Assembly (NCBI GenBank): GCA_001771135.1
Contig: MESW01000009.1
Location: 23,436-87,435 of the forward strand
Length of the DNA: 64,000 nt
Reading direction: 5' to 3'
Source: a candidate division CPR3 bacterium GWF2_35_18
Lineage (GTDB): Bacteria > Patescibacteriota > CPR3 > GWF2-35-18
Shown: one piece after another, positions 29,264-40,100 of the stretch
Layout: the number at the start of each line of letters is the position of its first letter
Numbering within the stretch: the first letter of the stretch is position 1
Notes under the pieces: model-generated
Seen by the model: only the letters and a program-made list of their open reading frames with translations
Database searches by the model: none
What the model was told of the DNA's origin: nothing
Program-made: the position numbers and the translations under genes

Positions 29264-29948
29264 AATCTAAAAGATTCTCAAACAATTTAATCACTCTTTT
29301 TTCAGCAAAAATCCACCGTCCTTTTTGTTTATCCGAAGCTTGAATCGTACACCAACTTACTAAATAAGGGTTACTCACTGAAACAATTTCAAAACCGGCA
29401 TAGTTTTTATTACTTGTAAGAGGTAAACTATCTCCCATTTTTCTTTTGAGAATTTTTTCCGAGATAATTTTTTCTTCTCCTCTTTCCCATAACTTTTTTT
29501 CACCATAAGTTTTCCACCAATTAACAACAAGAACTACAACAATACGATCGAGGTCTTTTTTATTAATTAACCAATCTCTTTTCCCTGTCATATTTTTACC
29601 CATTGTTTCACAAATAGATTTAAAATTTGGTTGAGATGAATTCCAAACCGCATTACAAACCTTGTCCAAAAAATCAACATATCCATTTACTTTTGTTAAA
29701 TCTCGAGAATATTTTGTCCCAAAGTACAAATCATAACCATCAATTGTTTTAAAAAAAGCTTCAATACTGACCATTTTGGTGTTTTTTTGCCCTACGAATG
29801 CTTCAATCTCAGCGATACTTGGTCTCTCTTTTCGAGGGTTCGGTTTCCAAGATTCTTCATAAATCCCGTTTCGAGCCATATGAATGTAAAACGGCCGACC
29901 CGATTTAACAATAGTATTCACTTTATCTATCATTTTTGACTCTCCCAA
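29247..29948 (-). CDS. Hypothetical protein
   Basis: 233 aa; overlaps the upstream Ldh_2 gene by 19 nt and the downstream transporter by 17 nt. Confidence 0.45.
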   Translation of the reverse strand: MGESKMIDKVNTIVKSGRPFYIHMARNGIYEESWKPNPRKERPSIAEIEAFVGQKNTKMVSIEAFFKTIDGYDLYFGTKYSRDLTKVNGYVDFLDKVCNAVWNSSQPNFKSICETMGKNMTGKRDWLINKKDLDRIVVVLVVNWWKTYGEKKLWERGEEKIISEKILKRKMGDSLPLTSNKNYAGFEIVSVSNPYLVSWCTIQASDKQKGRWIFAEKRVIKLFENLLDFEVRS

Positions 29949-30958
29949 TTTTTCAGTTTTTCATAAATTCCTAAATCTAACTCTAAAACTCCTTCAGCGC
30001 GCAATTTTTTGGCACGAAAGTGCGCATGATCCCCCGGAACAATAACCTGTGTAACATGATCTCCATGTTTTTGACTACGAATATCTTTACACATTTTAGA
30101 CACGGAAGATTTGAATTTATCTAAATCCGTTAAACCTGATATATCAATCGCAATTAATAAACCACCATATTCATGTTTCGTATACTTGGCGCTTTTTTCT
30201 AATCCCATAAAACTGCGTACTAAAGCTCCTGTCAAAATCTCTATCAAAAGAACAATATTATAACCTTTATATCCTCCACCCATAGGAAGAATTCTAGCGT
30301 TTTCTTTATCTTTAGATATCGCAATAACAGGATCGCAGGTTAAATTTCCATTTTGATCGACTAAAACACCCTCTCTCATTCTATGTTTATCCTTCAAAGC
30401 TCGACTATACTTATAAAAAGCTGATTCCGAAGTTGCCATATCAACGAGAATAGGATCATCCTCTGTTGGAATAGCATAAGATAATGGATTAGTTCCAAAA
30501 ATTGGCTCACTCCCACCATAAGGAACAGTCCCTAAACCACCATTAAATACGTACATTGCGATTAAATTACGTTTCGCCAAACCATAAGTCCAAAGTTTTA
30601 ACCAATCAGTCACATTAGAATTATTGAGTCCAAACATCGCAATACCATTCAATTTAGCTTTTTCCTCAATTTTGTCATGCACCCACTTTAATTTAAGTGA
30701 AGGTCCCAAACGATTAAAATCGACTAGAAAAGTTCCTGATTTATCAACTTGTATCTCGATCTTTGAAGCTTTTAACTTTTCCCAAGACTCCAGATCTTCA
30801 ACCGCAGAATTAATTGGATTGACGTCCGGATACATAAAAAGGGTACATTCTATTTGAGCTTTTGCAAAGTACTGTGCTTCTTCTAAAGATACAAATTTAG
30901 CAGCAGCTTTACTAAGTAATTTCTCAATTTCAATTAAACTAACTTTTTGACTAGACAT
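29930..30958 (-). CDS. Ldh_2 family (malate/L-lactate/sulfolactate dehydrogenase type 2) NAD(P)H-dependent oxidoreductase
   Basis: Family-typical segments VPYGGSEPIFGTNPLSYAIP and MGGGYKGYNIVLLIEILTGAL. Confidence 0.65.
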   Translation of the reverse strand: MSSQKVSLIEIEKLLSKAAAKFVSLEEAQYFAKAQIECTLFMYPDVNPINSAVEDLESWEKLKASKIEIQVDKSGTFLVDFNRLGPSLKLKWVHDKIEEKAKLNGIAMFGLNNSNVTDWLKLWTYGLAKRNLIAMYVFNGGLGTVPYGGSEPIFGTNPLSYAIPTEDDPILVDMATSESAFYKYSRALKDKHRMREGVLVDQNGNLTCDPVIAISKDKENARILPMGGGYKGYNIVLLIEILTGALVRSFMGLEKSAKYTKHEYGGLLIAIDISGLTDLDKFKSSVSKMCKDIRSQKHGDHVTQVIVPGDHAHFRAKKLRAEGVLELDLGIYEKLKNWESQK

Positions 30959-30974
30959 GATAAAACTCCTTTAA

Positions 30975-31676
30975 CTAACTGTACTTAAGATAAATTATAT
31001 AATATTGTGCTGTTTTTATCTCCTGCAGATTTTCACCGCCTAAAAGTTCTTGCAATTTTTTTATTTCTTCATCTGTCCACCACTTCGAGGTATAACCGGT
31101 TTTACTTTCAAACCAGCCTTTGTCAAAATTACACTTGCTTAAATCCGGCTCGCCATTCATCGTTGATCCGTGATAATAGGTCATTAAACCCCAATCTCTT
31201 AGAGCTTGTTGTCTATATAAAGATAAAATAATCTCCCCTTGATACTTTTTTCCTACTTTTTTCATTCCTTGTAAAACCTTTTGCCAGTCTCCTTCAATTG
31301 TTCCTAAAGTATTTTGAAGGCATAACAAAAGTGGTTTATGTACTACAATATTTCGTGCCTTTAACAATTTTGACAAATATGTCACATCTTCTTTTAAGAC
31401 TGTAACATTAGGATAGACATTCGCTCTTTTCTCTAATTCTTTAAACATTTCAGGATTAACATCAATTCCTACTATCTGCTTAACTAAAGGAGAAACCGTT
31501 TTTAAGATTCTTCCATAACCTGCTCCTAAATCAATAATTGTTTTCTTTTCCAAATTTTTAATTTCACGAATAAGCTTAAACTCATCTTTCTCGTGAGATT
31601 TAATAACCGGATCATCCCAATCTTCAAATAATTTATAATATTGTTTTGCGTTAAAGTTTCTCATTATATTGTTCAT
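30975..31676 (-). CDS. Class I SAM-dependent methyltransferase
   Basis: Motif I IIDLGAGYGRIL, motif II-like VGIDVNPEM; start taken at MNNIMRNF (31676); the longer ORF to 31799 would overlap the divergent regulator gene. Confidence 0.65.
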   Translation of the reverse strand: MNNIMRNFNAKQYYKLFEDWDDPVIKSHEKDEFKLIREIKNLEKKTIIDLGAGYGRILKTVSPLVKQIVGIDVNPEMFKELEKRANVYPNVTVLKEDVTYLSKLLKARNIVVHKPLLLCLQNTLGTIEGDWQKVLQGMKKVGKKYQGEIILSLYRQQALRDWGLMTYYHGSTMNGEPDLSKCNFDKGWFESKTGYTSKWWTDEEIKKLQELLGGENLQEIKTAQYYIIYLKYS

Positions 31677-31731
31677 ATTTAACAACAACCTAATTTCGCG
31701 TACTTTACAATAAAACATTATTCCTGTAAAA

Positions 31732-32517
31732 TTGTTGTTCATAATGATGAACAACAATACAATCATTGAACTGCTTAAAAATTTCGACTTAAATTCCAAA
31801 GAGGGAGAAATTTATTTGACTCTTCTTCAAAAGGGAATTCTTTCACCGCTACAACTCTCGCGGGCAACCCTGTTGAATCGAACTACCATCTATCGAATCT
31901 TAGAAAAACTCAAAAAAATCGGTCTTGTAGAGGAAGTTCTGGACGAAAAAAGAACCAAAGCCAAAGCAATCTCTCCCGATAATTTTGAGATGATTGTTAA
32001 ACAAAAAGAATCCGAAATTGATAAACTCAAACAAACACTTCCCGAATTAAAAGCACAACTAACAGCTATTCAAGGTTTGGCTTCTCCGGAAACTAAAGTG
32101 CTTTATTACCGCGGTCAAGATGGACTCAAACAACTGCTTTGGAACACCTTAAATGCTGAAAATGAAATTATCGGATATGGTTATATGAACTGGAATGACG
32201 TAGTTGGAAAAGAATTTGCGGAAAAGCTACGTCAAGAAGTAGTTTTAAGAAAAAGATATTCTCGAGAGATTCAAAACAGTAATTCGATAGACCCATTAAA
32301 AACATATACCTCTGTTCCCAGTTATGACAAATACTATTCCGGAAAAAAGATTCCAAAAGAAAAAATAGCAATTAAACATGACACCTATATTTACAATAAT
32401 GTATTTGCTTTTTCACATTTTATCAAGGAAGAATTTTTTGGAATTGAAATCTATAATGCAGAAATAGTTCTAACCCAACGTCAGATTTTTGAAATACTTT
32501 GGGCAATCGCTGTTTAG
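31732..32517 (+). CDS. TrmB-family transcriptional regulator (second paralog)
   Basis: N-terminal HTH LKNFDLNSKEGEIYLTLLQKGILSPLQLSRATLLNRTTIYRILEKLKKIGLVEE. Confidence 0.6.
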   Translation: MLFIMMNNNTIIELLKNFDLNSKEGEIYLTLLQKGILSPLQLSRATLLNRTTIYRILEKLKKIGLVEEVLDEKRTKAKAISPDNFEMIVKQKESEIDKLKQTLPELKAQLTAIQGLASPETKVLYYRGQDGLKQLLWNTLNAENEIIGYGYMNWNDVVGKEFAEKLRQEVVLRKRYSREIQNSNSIDPLKTYTSVPSYDKYYSGKKIPKEKIAIKHDTYIYNNVFAFSHFIKEEFFGIEIYNAEIVLTQRQIFEILWAIAV

Positions 32518-32558
32518 AAGTATCAATAAAACATTGCTTTGTCACTACAAATTTAATG

Positions 32559-33410
32559 TTAAATAAGAAGTATTGCTCCAATAATTACGACGACCGCTCC
32601 CAAACCTTTTTGCCACAAATAATCTTTCTCTTTAAGAAAAATGTATCCCAAAATAACAGTTAGAATAATTGATAATTGCGATATCGGAGAGATTTGAATT
32701 ACCGTTCCTCCGGATTGATAAGCCCAAAATACAGTTAACGCGGCAATTGCCCAAAATAAACTAGTAACAAACATTTTGATAAAGCGTTTTTTATCTAAAA
32801 ACAGTCTCAAGTTTTTGAATGCTTTAGGTTGAAGTAACAGAAGAAAAACAGATGGCAGCGCAAAAGATATAGCTAAATAAGAAGGCACATTAGCAAAGTG
32901 GTTAATTAAAAAAGCATCATTGGTAAAAGCTGTGCCAAAGAAAAAAGAAGCTAAAATCGCAAATAAATGACCTTTACTTAGTTTCCATGATTTTGAACGC
33001 CAAGAAACAATAATAACTCCCAATACTATAAAAATTATTCCTACAATTTTTTGAAAATTCAAGGCTTCTTGGAGAAAGATAGCCGCAGCCACAACTGACC
33101 ATAATGTCCGGGAAGCAAATAAAACGCTCACTTCCGAAGCTTCCGCAGTCTGATAAGCTCTAAATAGACAAAAGTTAAATAAAGCGTAAAAAACCGTCAT
33201 CAAAATCAGATTTGGGATTAACGGAATCAAATTCGGGATAGAAAATCCAACAAATAAAGAATAAATGAAAATAATTAAGGCCGTAAGCATTTGGAAGAAA
33301 AACCCATAGGCAATTGGATCGCTCTGTTCTTCTCTAAGAAGTATTTTCTGGAGAATTCCGGCAATAGAAAAAGTAACCGTACTAATTAAAACAAGTATTA
33401 ACCAAGTCAT
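32559..33410 (-). CDS. DMT/EamA-family membrane transporter
   Basis: 283 aa, 10 TM. Confidence 0.6.
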   Translation of the reverse strand: MTWLILVLISTVTFSIAGILQKILLREEQSDPIAYGFFFQMLTALIIFIYSLFVGFSIPNLIPLIPNLILMTVFYALFNFCLFRAYQTAEASEVSVLFASRTLWSVVAAAIFLQEALNFQKIVGIIFIVLGVIIVSWRSKSWKLSKGHLFAILASFFFGTAFTNDAFLINHFANVPSYLAISFALPSVFLLLLQPKAFKNLRLFLDKKRFIKMFVTSLFWAIAALTVFWAYQSGGTVIQISPISQLSIILTVILGYIFLKEKDYLWQKGLGAVVVIIGAILLI

Positions 33411-33445
33411 GGTAGATAAATATTAAAACAACGCTGTCTGTGAAA

Positions 33446-34552
33446 TCACTCAGTAACAATTTCCATACTACCGGTTCCAATATCAACATCAAATTCAACT
33501 TTATAAGTAGAGCTATCAAACTTATCCGAAATATAGTTACCATCACCTTTGATTTCCGTATCATTTAACTCAATTTTCCCTGTTCCAATTTCGTATTTTA
33601 ACTTCAATTCTGTATTTTTTGGTAAGGTAATTTTGGCCGAACCAGTCCCAATCTTAATTGTGATTTTAGAAGATGGCAAAGCATATTGCCCCAAATTAAA
33701 ACTAATTGAACCAGTACCAACTTCTGCGTTTAAGGTATTTAAATTCATCTTATCAAAATTGACAGTTCCCTTTCCCGTACCAAGATCAATATTAATATCG
33801 GTAGGAATCCCAGTTTGCCCCATACTAAAATCGTATTTTACCTTGTTGCTATCAAATATGCGTCCGAAGAAAAAGACCCCTGATTCCGTGGAAAAATCTA
33901 ATGAAAGAACTCCATCTTTGAATCTTTTCTCCAAACTTGGTTTTCCAAAATCATCATAATAACTAGACGTAATGTCCAAATAATTATAGGTGTCATCGTC
34001 CGTAATACTAAACTCCGAGACTCCTATATCTACGGTTAATTCTCGACTAAGCACTCCTTCGTAAGCATCTTTAGCAACAGTGATTTGATCCTGTTTTAAT
34101 TCCTGTTCGGAAAGGTTAAAAACACTATTTTCCGGCCACCAAGAAAATCGATTATGCATGTAATTTTCTAACTGACTATTTACCGATGATAAAGATAAAC
34201 AAACAATAATCGTAATTGTTGCCAAACCTAAAATCGCTACAAGCCATTTTGCAATAAAAGATTTTCCCAAGACTATCTGTAATCCGCCTAAAATCAGAAA
34301 TACCGGCCAGAATCTCCACAATGTTCCCCAAACAGACCAAGGTAATATATTAAAGTTATTCAAAAGAAAAATTACGCCCAAACCGATTAAGATAAAAGCC
34401 CCAAAAGGATTGCTTCCATGATCTTCTTTAATATAATGGATCTCTTTCACAAACTGTTTGTCTTCTTTTTGTTTATCATTTTGTTTACTTTCTTTAACTT
34501 CTTCTTTTTCTTCAGGTTGAATTTTTTCCTCTGTTTGTTTTTTATTTACCAT
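33446..34552 (-). CDS. LiaF-like / DUF4097-like membrane protein (Lys/Glu-rich N-terminus, 4 TM, C-terminal beta-rich GTG-repeat domain)
   Basis: C-terminal repeats IGTGSISFN, IGTGSAKITLPKN, IGTGKIELN, IGTGSMEIV; start taken at MVNKKQ (TAATG overlap with the PspC stop). Confidence 0.5.
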   Translation of the reverse strand: MVNKKQTEEKIQPEEKEEVKESKQNDKQKEDKQFVKEIHYIKEDHGSNPFGAFILIGLGVIFLLNNFNILPWSVWGTLWRFWPVFLILGGLQIVLGKSFIAKWLVAILGLATITIIVCLSLSSVNSQLENYMHNRFSWWPENSVFNLSEQELKQDQITVAKDAYEGVLSRELTVDIGVSEFSITDDDTYNYLDITSSYYDDFGKPSLEKRFKDGVLSLDFSTESGVFFFGRIFDSNKVKYDFSMGQTGIPTDINIDLGTGKGTVNFDKMNLNTLNAEVGTGSISFNLGQYALPSSKITIKIGTGSAKITLPKNTELKLKYEIGTGKIELNDTEIKGDGNYISDKFDSSTYKVEFDVDIGTGSMEIVTE

Positions 34553-35055
34553 TAGTTTCTCCTCCCTAGAATTAAAAATCCTAGAATTATTAAACCTAGA
34601 GGCCATAAATGCCAAACATTAATATGGAGAACTCGGAAAAAACCAAAATTATCAAATAGAAAAAGTAGTCCTATTACGATTACGATAATTCCCCACCAAA
34701 TGCGTGATTCATCTTTTTTGGCTGACTTTTCAACGTTTTTGGCGAATTTTTCTGCTTCTCCAGCTATTTCTTCTACGTTTTTTTCAATTATTTTTTCAAC
34801 ATCGCTATTACTTGCTGTCTCGGAGGGTAAAATCACCCAAAGGATTATATAGACTAGAACCCCCGCTCCACCCGCTAGGACAATCAGAGCAAATATTAAT
34901 CTCACAATACTAGAATCAATATTGAAGTATTCAGCAATTCCACCACAAACACCCCCAATCATCTTATCTTTTTCTGACCGGCAAAGCCTTTTTGAGCTTA
35001 CAGTCTCTTTATTATTATTCACATTTTCTTGTGACTCTTTTGTATTTTCCTTCAT
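34552..35055 (-). CDS. PspC-domain membrane protein (phage-shock/envelope stress)
   Basis: PspC motif MIGGVCGGIAEYFNIDSSIVRLIFALIVLAGGAGVLVYIILWVILP. Confidence 0.75.
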   Translation of the reverse strand: MKENTKESQENVNNNKETVSSKRLCRSEKDKMIGGVCGGIAEYFNIDSSIVRLIFALIVLAGGAGVLVYIILWVILPSETASNSDVEKIIEKNVEEIAGEAEKFAKNVEKSAKKDESRIWWGIIVIVIGLLFLFDNFGFFRVLHINVWHLWPLGLIILGFLILGRRN

Positions 35056-35104
35056 AGTATTTATCCTCCTAAAAAGTTATTATATATATTTATAATCAAA
35101 TTAT

Positions 35105-36325
35105 CTACTCGTATCTCAAAGCATCAAGAGGTTTCAGCTTATGTGCTCTAATAGCTGGATAAAAACCGGTAATTAATCCAATGAATAAACCGATCAAGAT
35201 AATATAAAAAACAATGTATGGAGGAGTGTAATAAAAAGAAACAGGAGAAACTCCTCTTCCCAAAGCAATTATTTGAAAAGATTTTTCTAAAATAAATCCC
35301 AAAACGAAACTCAAAATAATTCCTAAAATTGAACCTAATAAACTTATTGTAATAGATTCAATGAAAAATAAAATAAAAACTGAACTATTTCTTGTTCCCA
35401 AAGCTTTCATGATCCCAATTTCTCTCATCCGGTCTAAAAGAGATATTGTCAACGTATTAAACATACCTAATATGGCAATTGTAACTCCCACAAAACCGAT
35501 AACCATTAAAATAATTCTAAAGGTCGTAAAAACGGTCTGAATCTGTTCTAAAGTATCAAAAGCAGAAGAAGTTGTATACCCCATAGCTTCAATCTTGGCG
35601 CGCACTTCAGTTAATCTTTCCTGATCACTAAGAAGAACTTTAACCTTTGAATAACTGGGATTATTAAGTTCGGGTAAGGAATCAAAAAAAAGATATGCTG
35701 TTGGACTCTCTTTCTGATTTTTTCGATCTGTCACAACGCTTTCAATTGTTAAATCTTTCTTCCTCGTTTGTATTGCCAGACCATCTTCACTTTTTATAAT
35801 ATTTGTAGGAAATATTATTTCAAGTTCAGCTTTCTGACCTATAAAATTATTAACATCCTCATTCTTGGTTCCTAGGATATTTGGAATAATCTCATTTACA
35901 ATTAAATTAGGAGAACTAAGCTCTGCAAAGGATTTCCCGGCAACTAAGCTCTTGTAACTGTATTTTAGATAATTGTTATCCATAACTAATACTGTAATAT
36001 CAAGCACTGAACCACCTAACTTTAATTTACCCACACAATTGATTTGAGGAATGATCGTTTCTACTCCTTCAAGTTGTTTAATTTTATTTACTGAATCACT
36101 ATTAAGAAGTAAAACTGCTGATTGTTCACTGTCTACATCTATACTTCTTAATGCATCTAATCCAACTGTCTGTTCTTGAACCAATCTTTCTAAACCATAA
36201 CCTATTGAAAGAAGAATAATTACAAAAGCCATTCCGATAGCAATAGCAAATATAGTAAAAAAACTACGGCTTTTCCGATTTAAAAGGTTTAAAATAGCAA
36301 TTCGTACTAATTCAAAAAACTTCAT
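35105..36325 (-). CDS. MacB/FtsX-type ABC transporter permease
   Basis: TM1, large extracytoplasmic domain, then 3 C-terminal TMs (FtsX fold); 406 aa. Confidence 0.8.
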   Translation of the reverse strand: MKFFELVRIAILNLLNRKSRSFFTIFAIAIGMAFVIILLSIGYGLERLVQEQTVGLDALRSIDVDSEQSAVLLLNSDSVNKIKQLEGVETIIPQINCVGKLKLGGSVLDITVLVMDNNYLKYSYKSLVAGKSFAELSSPNLIVNEIIPNILGTKNEDVNNFIGQKAELEIIFPTNIIKSEDGLAIQTRKKDLTIESVVTDRKNQKESPTAYLFFDSLPELNNPSYSKVKVLLSDQERLTEVRAKIEAMGYTTSSAFDTLEQIQTVFTTFRIILMVIGFVGVTIAILGMFNTLTISLLDRMREIGIMKALGTRNSSVFILFFIESITISLLGSILGIILSFVLGFILEKSFQIIALGRGVSPVSFYYTPPYIVFYIILIGLFIGLITGFYPAIRAHKLKPLDALRYE

Positions 36326-36332
36326 GGTAGAT

Positions 36333-37157
36333 TTAGACTTCTGGCATTAATTGATTTCTCAAAAACTGTTGGATTTCATGAATACTTTCGTGAATTCCTT
36401 TTACTTCACCATCAAGTAGATGTAAAACTCTATTCGCTCGTAATAGAAATGAATAATTATGTGTCACCATCACAATTGTTCTTTTACCTTTTCGATTAAT
36501 CTCGGTAAGCATTTTAATTATCTCTTCTTCAGATTTACTGTCAAGGTTACCGGTAGGCTCATCTAGAAATAGAGTCCAAGGATTTTTTACCAAAGCTCGA
36601 GCCAAACTGACTTTCTGTTGTTGTCCTCCTGAGAGTTCAGTAGGAGCATAATTCCTAAATTTACTCAAACCCATTTCTTCTAAACGACGTAATGCTTGAT
36701 TGATGGCATTCCTTCGGCTCTCTCCTGTCAATATTAAAGGATACGCCACATTATCTAAAACTGATAAACTTCTTATCCAAGTTGGCTGTTGATACACAAC
36801 ACCCAATCTTTTTGCTCGTATATCAGCTCTTTCACTTTCATTTAAAGAATATGTTTTGGTATCACGCAAAATGACTTCTCCAGAATCTGGTTCTTCCAAT
36901 CCCAAAATCACATTAAGTAAAGTTGATTTTCCACAGCCTGAAGGACCAAAAATAATTAAAAAATCCTTACTATAAACTTTGAAAGATATATCTTTTAATA
37001 TTGGTATTTTATTGTTACTAACCTGAAAGGATTTTTCTAAATGATTAACTTTAATAACCACGGTAGAATGATGCTTTTTCTTCACCTTTATTGAATGAAG
37101 TTCTCGTTTCTTTTTCAAGTCCAAATTAGAAGTTAAACTTTTAGTAGTTTTCATCAT
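36333..37157 (-). CDS. MacB/LolD-type ABC transporter ATP-binding protein
   Basis: Walker A GPSGCGKSTLLNV, signature LSGGQQQKVSLARAL, Walker B LFLDEPTGNLD. Confidence 0.9.
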   Translation of the reverse strand: MMKTTKSLTSNLDLKKKRELHSIKVKKKHHSTVVIKVNHLEKSFQVSNNKIPILKDISFKVYSKDFLIIFGPSGCGKSTLLNVILGLEEPDSGEVILRDTKTYSLNESERADIRAKRLGVVYQQPTWIRSLSVLDNVAYPLILTGESRRNAINQALRRLEEMGLSKFRNYAPTELSGGQQQKVSLARALVKNPWTLFLDEPTGNLDSKSEEEIIKMLTEINRKGKRTIVMVTHNYSFLLRANRVLHLLDGEVKGIHESIHEIQQFLRNQLMPEV

Positions 37158-37174
37158 TTTTAATTTTTATCTCA

Positions 37175-40100
37175 TTATTCTCCAAATAACCATCCAAAAG
37201 AACGACGCAAAGATTCAAGGACTAACTCTAATATATTCTCTGCTGGTTCATCCGTAACTACGATATTATTATCAGAAATCGTTAGATTTCCGGCACCATC
37301 TTCGGAAAGAATCCGAAAATGATAACCCTGAGATGGATTCAAATCCGGAATTATTATAAGGTGAGTTGTAACTAGATTTGAATCTTCTTTAGTCTTTTGA
37401 GAATAAACAGTCTTTGAACCAATACCTTCTCCAATACCTAAATCATATTCTATTTGACTGCTTGCAAGCTCATCTGTTTCCCAACCAATAATAAGTTGCG
37501 CTGTTGCTTTTGATCCTTGTCCGATAATTCTAGTATCTATCGTAATATTTGAAATCATTGGAGGACGACTATCAATCGCAGTTGTAAAAGTAAATAGATT
37601 CGATTCTGTCTGAGATCCAAGAGAATCCCGACCATATACAATAATTTCATATGTAGTATTATCAAAAAGAGAACTGATTATTAGCTCATGATTAGTTTCC
37701 AACTTTGCCGTCGAAACTTCTTCTATTCTAGAATCGTTTCGTTTATTATAACGAATAATTCCAGTAGTAGGCACATTTGTTTGCCAAGTTACTTTAACTG
37801 TTCCCGTAGCTTTATCTTTCTGTTGTTCAAGTTCTACATTAAAAACTTTAGGATAAACCGCGGTTGTAAATAAGTGCTCTTCTCCAATCAAAGTATTTCC
37901 CTCTTCATCAATTCCTGATACTCTTAATTCATAATTACTTGCAGGAATTAATTCATCCAACCTCACTGTGTGAACAGTAATTCCGCCAACAGACATATCT
38001 TCAATAATTCTCTCCTGTCCCCCTTCAGATTTTAAATAAATCAGTGAAGTCGACGGGACCTCAGTTATCCAAGAAACGATGCAAGAACTATATTTAATAT
38101 CTGTTACTTCTAAATCGCGAATCCGAGGTAACTCACCGGTAGTAAAGGTATTATCCTCACTAAAAGAATTTTCCGTTTCATAATCAATTAAGTCAGGATC
38201 ATCTAGACTTTGAATACGATAATGATAGGTAGTTGAAGGCATTAATCCCCTAACTACAATCTCATGTTTTATAACTGGATCCCACTGTCCTTGGGTACGA
38301 GTATAAATTTCATTGGTCCCAATTTGCACAAAACTATTTGAGAGCCGATCAGTTTCCCATGTAATCGTAGCCGTCGTCGAACCAGTATTAACATGAGGAG
38401 CAATAACAATTGTCGGTGGAGTGCTATATTTACCTGTTGGTCTTCGACTCACTATTGTAGAATAAGCACTCTCTTTACCCGCATTATCTTCGGCGGTTAT
38501 CTTATATGAATAAGTAATTTCATTATCTAATCCTGAATCAAGATATCCCAAAGAAATGACCTCTGCAATCTGTTGATAATCTTCTCTCTTATTTTTACGA
38601 TAAATATTATAATGATCGATCTCTCCAAGAGCAGGAGCTATAAAACGAACTGTCAGAGCATAATCATCAAGGTCACGATTACTAGAATCTATGATAGTTA
38701 CATTTGTGGGAATTCCTGGAGCGATTGTATTAGCAGTAAAATCAACAGAAGCATAATTGTCATAGTTGAAATTTCCGGCACTATCAATCGCTAACACATA
38801 GAAAGTATTAGTACCTTGCTGTGTTGCATAAGGACCTTCTGGTAGTTCTGTATCTTCTATTTCACTTATATTATTTTCATTTGGTTCTTGATTAATAGAA
38901 TAATAATATGAACTAATAACAACGCCAATATCACTCGGAGCATTCCAAGAGAAAGAAAAACTGTTCTGATTATTTGAGCTTGGTGTTACCGTTAGATTTG
39001 TCGGAGCTGAAGGAGCGTCAGAAGTCGTAAAACTATCTTCTTCAGAATAAGCTACATTGTTATCTTCATCCTCACAGCGGATACGATAATAATAAAGGGT
39101 GTCACGTTTTAAACCCACAACTGTTACTTCATGAGCAACAGCCTCTTCTCCTTTACCTTGTTCCCAATAAGCATCATTTTGATTCTCACGATATTGCACA
39201 TATCCTTGACATTCGCGTTCCATAGTCCAACTTATAGTAGCAGATAGAATATGTGTTTCAACCGATGGCGAAATAAGTATCTCAGGTGGGGTTGTGTACC
39301 GACCGGTTGGAATATCGGATACGACAGAAGAATATGCACTTTCGGCTTGAGCATTATCTTCAGAGGTAATTCGATAATAATAAGTAACCGTATTACTTAA
39401 AGTGGTATCTAAATAACCAGTGCTTTGAGTAGTTGCTATATTAGAAAAATTAATTCCATCCGTCGAGCGATAAATATTATAATGCTCTATTCCCGACCCT
39501 ATATTAATAGGAGCTTCCCAAGTCAAAGTAAGTTGATATTTTTGAGTCTCACGATTAGAAGAATCTGTAATCTGAACATTCGTTGGGATTCCCGGAGCGC
39601 TAGTTTGAGCTTCAAAAGTTTGAGATCCGTAAGCATCAAAGTTCACATTTCCAATATTATCTTCGGCTACTATATAAAAAGTATTAATGCCTTGCTTTGT
39701 AGCAAGAGGTAAAGGTCCAATTGTTCTCGTTGCCGTTTCACTTATGGTTGTTTCGGTAGAGTTATACGCGTCTGGTTCTTCGTTAACACTGTAGTAATAT
39801 TTTGCGATTGTACCCAAATATGTTGCTGGCTCATTGAAACTCACCGTAAAACAGTTATCCAAAGAACTACAATTAGTATCTTCTATTGTATCAGCTGGAG
39901 TAATAACAATATCCAAAGGAGCAGAGGGAGCAGAAGCATTGTAATAATAGTTCACCTGGGCATAACTAGAATTTAAATTTCCGGCATTGTCTTTTGCTCG
40001 AATGTAAAAAACATTTTCTCCATTTTGATAAGAAGGAATATTGGCAATTGAAGTTACTTCCAAACATTGATCATTATAATATTGACTCTCTGAATCGGCA

